This document shows positions 61,209 to 64,000 of a DNA stretch of 64,000 nucleotides, piece after piece; within the stretch, counting starts at the first letter, position 1, and each line of letters starts with the position of its first letter. The notes beneath the pieces were generated by a model. That model saw only the letters and a program-made list of their open reading frames with translations, ran no database searches and was not told the DNA's origin. The position numbers were made by a program, and so were the translations under genes. Source of the DNA: Candidatus Sericytochromatia bacterium (lineage in GTDB: Bacteria > Cyanobacteriota > Sericytochromatia > UBA7694 > JACMQJ01); NCBI GenBank assembly GCA_046328075.1, contig JAXLXG010000009.1, positions 59,613 to 123,612 of the forward strand, in the 5' to 3' direction.

Positions 61209-61404
61209 TATTTAAACCCTAAATAAAATAGGAACTGTCCAGAAAGAAAATATAATTTATTTATAGATATACAAAATCATTTCTAAGACAGAACCTTGCA
61301 ATATTATTATAATTAGAGAATTTTTTTAAGTGAAATACTTAAGCAAAAGTATTAGACTTTCTTAATCTTGTCTTTTTACTTTTCACTTCTTCTCTATTAC
61401 CTAA

Positions 61405-63021
61405 TTACTCTACAGCAAAAATTTCACTTAAATCTATTTTTTCTTTTTCTTCAACATACTCTGTATCCATTTGAGCTAATTGAAGTTTTCCACTTAAGTC
61501 AACATTTACTGCGTGCCATTTTGTATATGAATCTATAACCCATACACCAGATTCTCTAGTATTATTTCCAGATGCACCATTACCACCAAATGGTAAATGT
61601 GCTTCAGCACCTGTTGTTGAATTATTGATACTACTCATACCTGCAGTAATTTCATTTTTGAACTTATACATATATTCAGGATTATTTGTATAAATAGCAG
61701 ATGAAAGACCATAGATTGTACCATTTGCAACTTTCATTGCTTCATCAATATCATTAACCTCTATTAATGTTATAACAGGTCCAAAAATTTCTGTTTGAGC
61801 AAGTTTCATATCTATTGTTACATTATCCCAAATCACAGGCCATGCAAAATAACCTTCATCTGGTTCACCAACAAAGTTATCTGGTTTATTGTCTTTAGTA
61901 ATTATTCCATTACCATATAAAAGAGTTGCTCCATCTTCTTTACCCATCTCATAGTTTTTCATAAATGTGTCTAAGAATCTTTTTTCCATCATTGGCCCAT
62001 AAAGAACTTGTTCTCCAAGATTTGGATTGCCAATTTTAATTTTCTTAGCTTCAGCTAAAAACTTTTCTTTAAATTCTTTTGCAATTGATTTATGTAATAT
62101 TATATTTCCAGCAGAAGTACATCTTTGACCTGCTGTACCAAATGAAGACCATATAGCTCCACTTACAGCTAATTCAAGATCTGCATCTTCCATAACAATT
62201 AGTGGATTTTTACCACCTAATTCAAGAGATGGAACAAGTAAATTTCTTCCACAAACTTCTCCTACAATTCTTCCAACTTGAGTTGAACCTGTAAATGAGA
62301 ATTTTTGAAGATACCCTTTATCAACCATTTTTAAAAGAGCTTGACCTGTTGAAGCCCCTGTACCATGTATAAGATTAACAACACCTTTAGGAACTCCTGC
62401 TTCTTCTAAAAGTTTTACAAACATATATGCAAGTGTTGAAGCATCTTCACTTGGTTTCCATACAACTGTATTTCCGCATAAAAGAGCTGGAATTATTTTC
62501 CAAGATGGAACAGCAATAGGGAAATTACCTGCTGTTATTACACCAGTAACACCTACAGGTCTTCTATATGTATAAAGTTCTTTATTTTTCATTTCTGAAG
62601 GAACTGTTTGCCCATAAAGTCTTCTTCCTTCTGATTGAAAGAATTGTGCTGTATCTATTGCTTCCTGAACACTTCCAAGAGCCTCTTTTGGAGTTTTACC
62701 AATTTCTCTTGTTACAAGTTTTGCTAATAAATCTTTATTTTCAGTTAAAACATGACCAATATTTCCTATGATTCCACCTCTTATTGGAGCTGGTGTATTT
62801 TTCCACATTTGGAATGCTTCTTTAGCTGCTATACAAGCTTCTTCAACATCTTCTTCTGTAGACATTGGAAAAGAGCCTATTTTATCTTTTAAATAACTTG
62901 GATTTAATGAGTCAAATCTTTGACCACTTTTTGATTCTTTTTCTTGACCATTTATTATATTATAGCCATAAACTGTTTTACCATATTGTTTGGCATTAGG
63001 ATTTTCTGTGAATTTCATCAT
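61405..63021 (-). CDS. Aldehyde dehydrogenase family protein
   Basis: ELGGKNP Glu motif and catalytic Cys motif GQRCTSAGN; 538 aa. Confidence 0.9.
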   Translation of the reverse strand: MMKFTENPNAKQYGKTVYGYNIINGQEKESKSGQRFDSLNPSYLKDKIGSFPMSTEEDVEEACIAAKEAFQMWKNTPAPIRGGIIGNIGHVLTENKDLLAKLVTREIGKTPKEALGSVQEAIDTAQFFQSEGRRLYGQTVPSEMKNKELYTYRRPVGVTGVITAGNFPIAVPSWKIIPALLCGNTVVWKPSEDASTLAYMFVKLLEEAGVPKGVVNLIHGTGASTGQALLKMVDKGYLQKFSFTGSTQVGRIVGEVCGRNLLVPSLELGGKNPLIVMEDADLELAVSGAIWSSFGTAGQRCTSAGNIILHKSIAKEFKEKFLAEAKKIKIGNPNLGEQVLYGPMMEKRFLDTFMKNYEMGKEDGATLLYGNGIITKDNKPDNFVGEPDEGYFAWPVIWDNVTIDMKLAQTEIFGPVITLIEVNDIDEAMKVANGTIYGLSSAIYTNNPEYMYKFKNEITAGMSSINNSTTGAEAHLPFGGNGASGNNTRESGVWVIDSYTKWHAVNVDLSGKLQLAQMDTEYVEEKEKIDLSEIFAVE

Positions 63022-63137
63022 TGAACCTCATTTTTAATTTTCTTATGAAGATATATTATATCAAATCAAAAGATAAACTCTAAATTTTGCAATAAAAAAA
63101 GACCCCCTAAACGAGAGTCTTTTTTACTTATTACTTT

Positions 63138-64000
63138 TTATTCTGCGATTATTCTGATCTTATCAAGTGTTGCAGGTGCTAAAGCTTTAAACTTAGCATA
63201 TTCACTATCAGGTCCATCTCCTAATTGAGATACAACAGATTTCATAGTGTCTTTATTATTGTTACTAAAAACTCCATTATTCTTATTTATTTGATCAATG
63301 AATTTTCTAATATCATCTATTTTAACTGTTGCATTATCTTTATTTGATGCCTCTTTATTATAAGTTCTAATCATTGCCATAAGCATCTTAGAAGCAACTT
63401 CCGGTTCATCTGACATATCTTTACCATTTGTATGCTTAGACATAATAACAAGTTGTCTATCATCTAGATTTTTATTTTTAACTAAATCAAATACAACTTT
63501 CTTACCTGATTTATTAACCAAGTCTGTTATTTTACTTTCATCTGGTTTTGGATTATCTAATAAACCTTTAATTACTTGAGCTTTATCTTCTCTATCAAGA
63601 CTTTCTACATTTACTGCGACACCTTCACCGTAAGCTTGTGAAACAGTTTTTAAGAAGTCTTGTTTTTCTTCTTTAGAACCCTTTTTCTCAACAAACTTTG
63701 TAAGATCATTTAATTCATATCTATTAAGTTGACCTAAAGCTTGTTTAGAAACTTGCCCATACATAATTCCTCTAGCCATAGTTAAAGCAGCTTCTTTTTC
63801 AGAACCAGCTCTATCTTCACCTATTGAAAACTGCATACCTTTTACATAATTTTGAAGATCTACTTGATTATTATCAAAGTTTTTAGGTGTTTCAATTTTC
63901 TTAAGTTCTGGTAATGTTTTCTTTTTAACATCACCATCAACATTTGCACTATTACTTAAATTATCATAGATAGTTTTTGCTATACCTACATTAAACTTGT
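63138..64000 (-). CDS. Hypothetical protein, 5' end outside the window
   Basis: The frame stays open past the annotated Met at 63836 to the end of the window. A weak terminator-like A/T-flanked hairpin lies at ~63095-63125. Confidence 0.45.
   Translation of the reverse strand, partial: KFNVGIAKTIYDNLSNSANVDGDVKKKTLPELKKIETPKNFDNNQVDLQNYVKGMQFSIGEDRAGSEKEAALTMARGIMYGQVSKQALGQLNRYELNDLTKFVEKKGSKEEKQDFLKTVSQAYGEGVAVNVESLDREDKAQVIKGLLDNPKPDESKITDLVNKSGKKVVFDLVKNKNLDDRQLVIMSKHTNGKDMSDEPEVASKMLMAMIRTYNKEASNKDNATVKIDDIRKFIDQINKNNGVFSNNNKDTMKSVVSQLGDGPDSEYAKFKALAPATLDKIRIIAE

Noticed and set aside
61209-61404. Hairpin TTAAGT-gaaat-ACTTAA downstream of the aldehyde dehydrogenase gene as a terminator
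   Set aside because: The U-run is on the wrong side for the minus-strand gene, so it is not a convincing intrinsic terminator.

Overview
This is a 64-kb, very AT-rich window (my visual estimate is about 28-30% GC) from a Gram-negative-type bacterium; lipobox lipoproteins and TPR lipoproteins support that, but the taxon cannot be fixed from sequence alone. It is mostly chromosomal backbone. Housekeeping genes include aguA (5' partial), an HSDL2-like SDR, a GST, ptrB, corA, uvrD/pcrA, mntP, prfC, hpf, tRNA-Arg(UCG), slyD, gloB, a nitroreductase, GT2 and GT1 glycosyltransferases and an aldehyde dehydrogenase. A prkA-yeaH-spoVR stress locus is present. Signalling architectures stand out. One is a 1947-aa cytoplasmic hybrid histidine kinase carrying about 11 near-identical 276-bp HAMP repeats, a GAF domain and two receiver domains. 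A second is a divergently transcribed 7TMR-DISM sensor kinase fused to a receiver and a class III nucleotidyl cyclase. A third is a 1374-aa protein that combines GspE-N/MshEN-like (putative c-di-GMP-binding) motifs with YVTN and NHL beta-propellers. Mobile DNA is conspicuous. There are three IS630-family copies in the same orientation, one solitary and one tandem pair with a truncated, frameshifted member, and one IS5-family element. Reading through the IS630 junctions shows two genes are split exactly at TA target sites: a YceI-like periplasmic protein gene and a WD40-propeller gene of roughly 730 aa. Both rejoin in frame when the IS is removed in silico. The region downstream of the IS5 element holds start-less and frameshifted gene remnants. 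Other accessory-looking items are a TerF-like (TerD+vWA) gene with a coiled-coil partner, a DUF360/holin-like gene just downstream of the giant kinase, four or five tightly packed small ORFs inside the prkA-yeaH-spoVR operon, and several orphan hypothetical proteins (18756-19928, 31572-32663, 57478-58254). I found no CRISPR array, rRNA or prophage.
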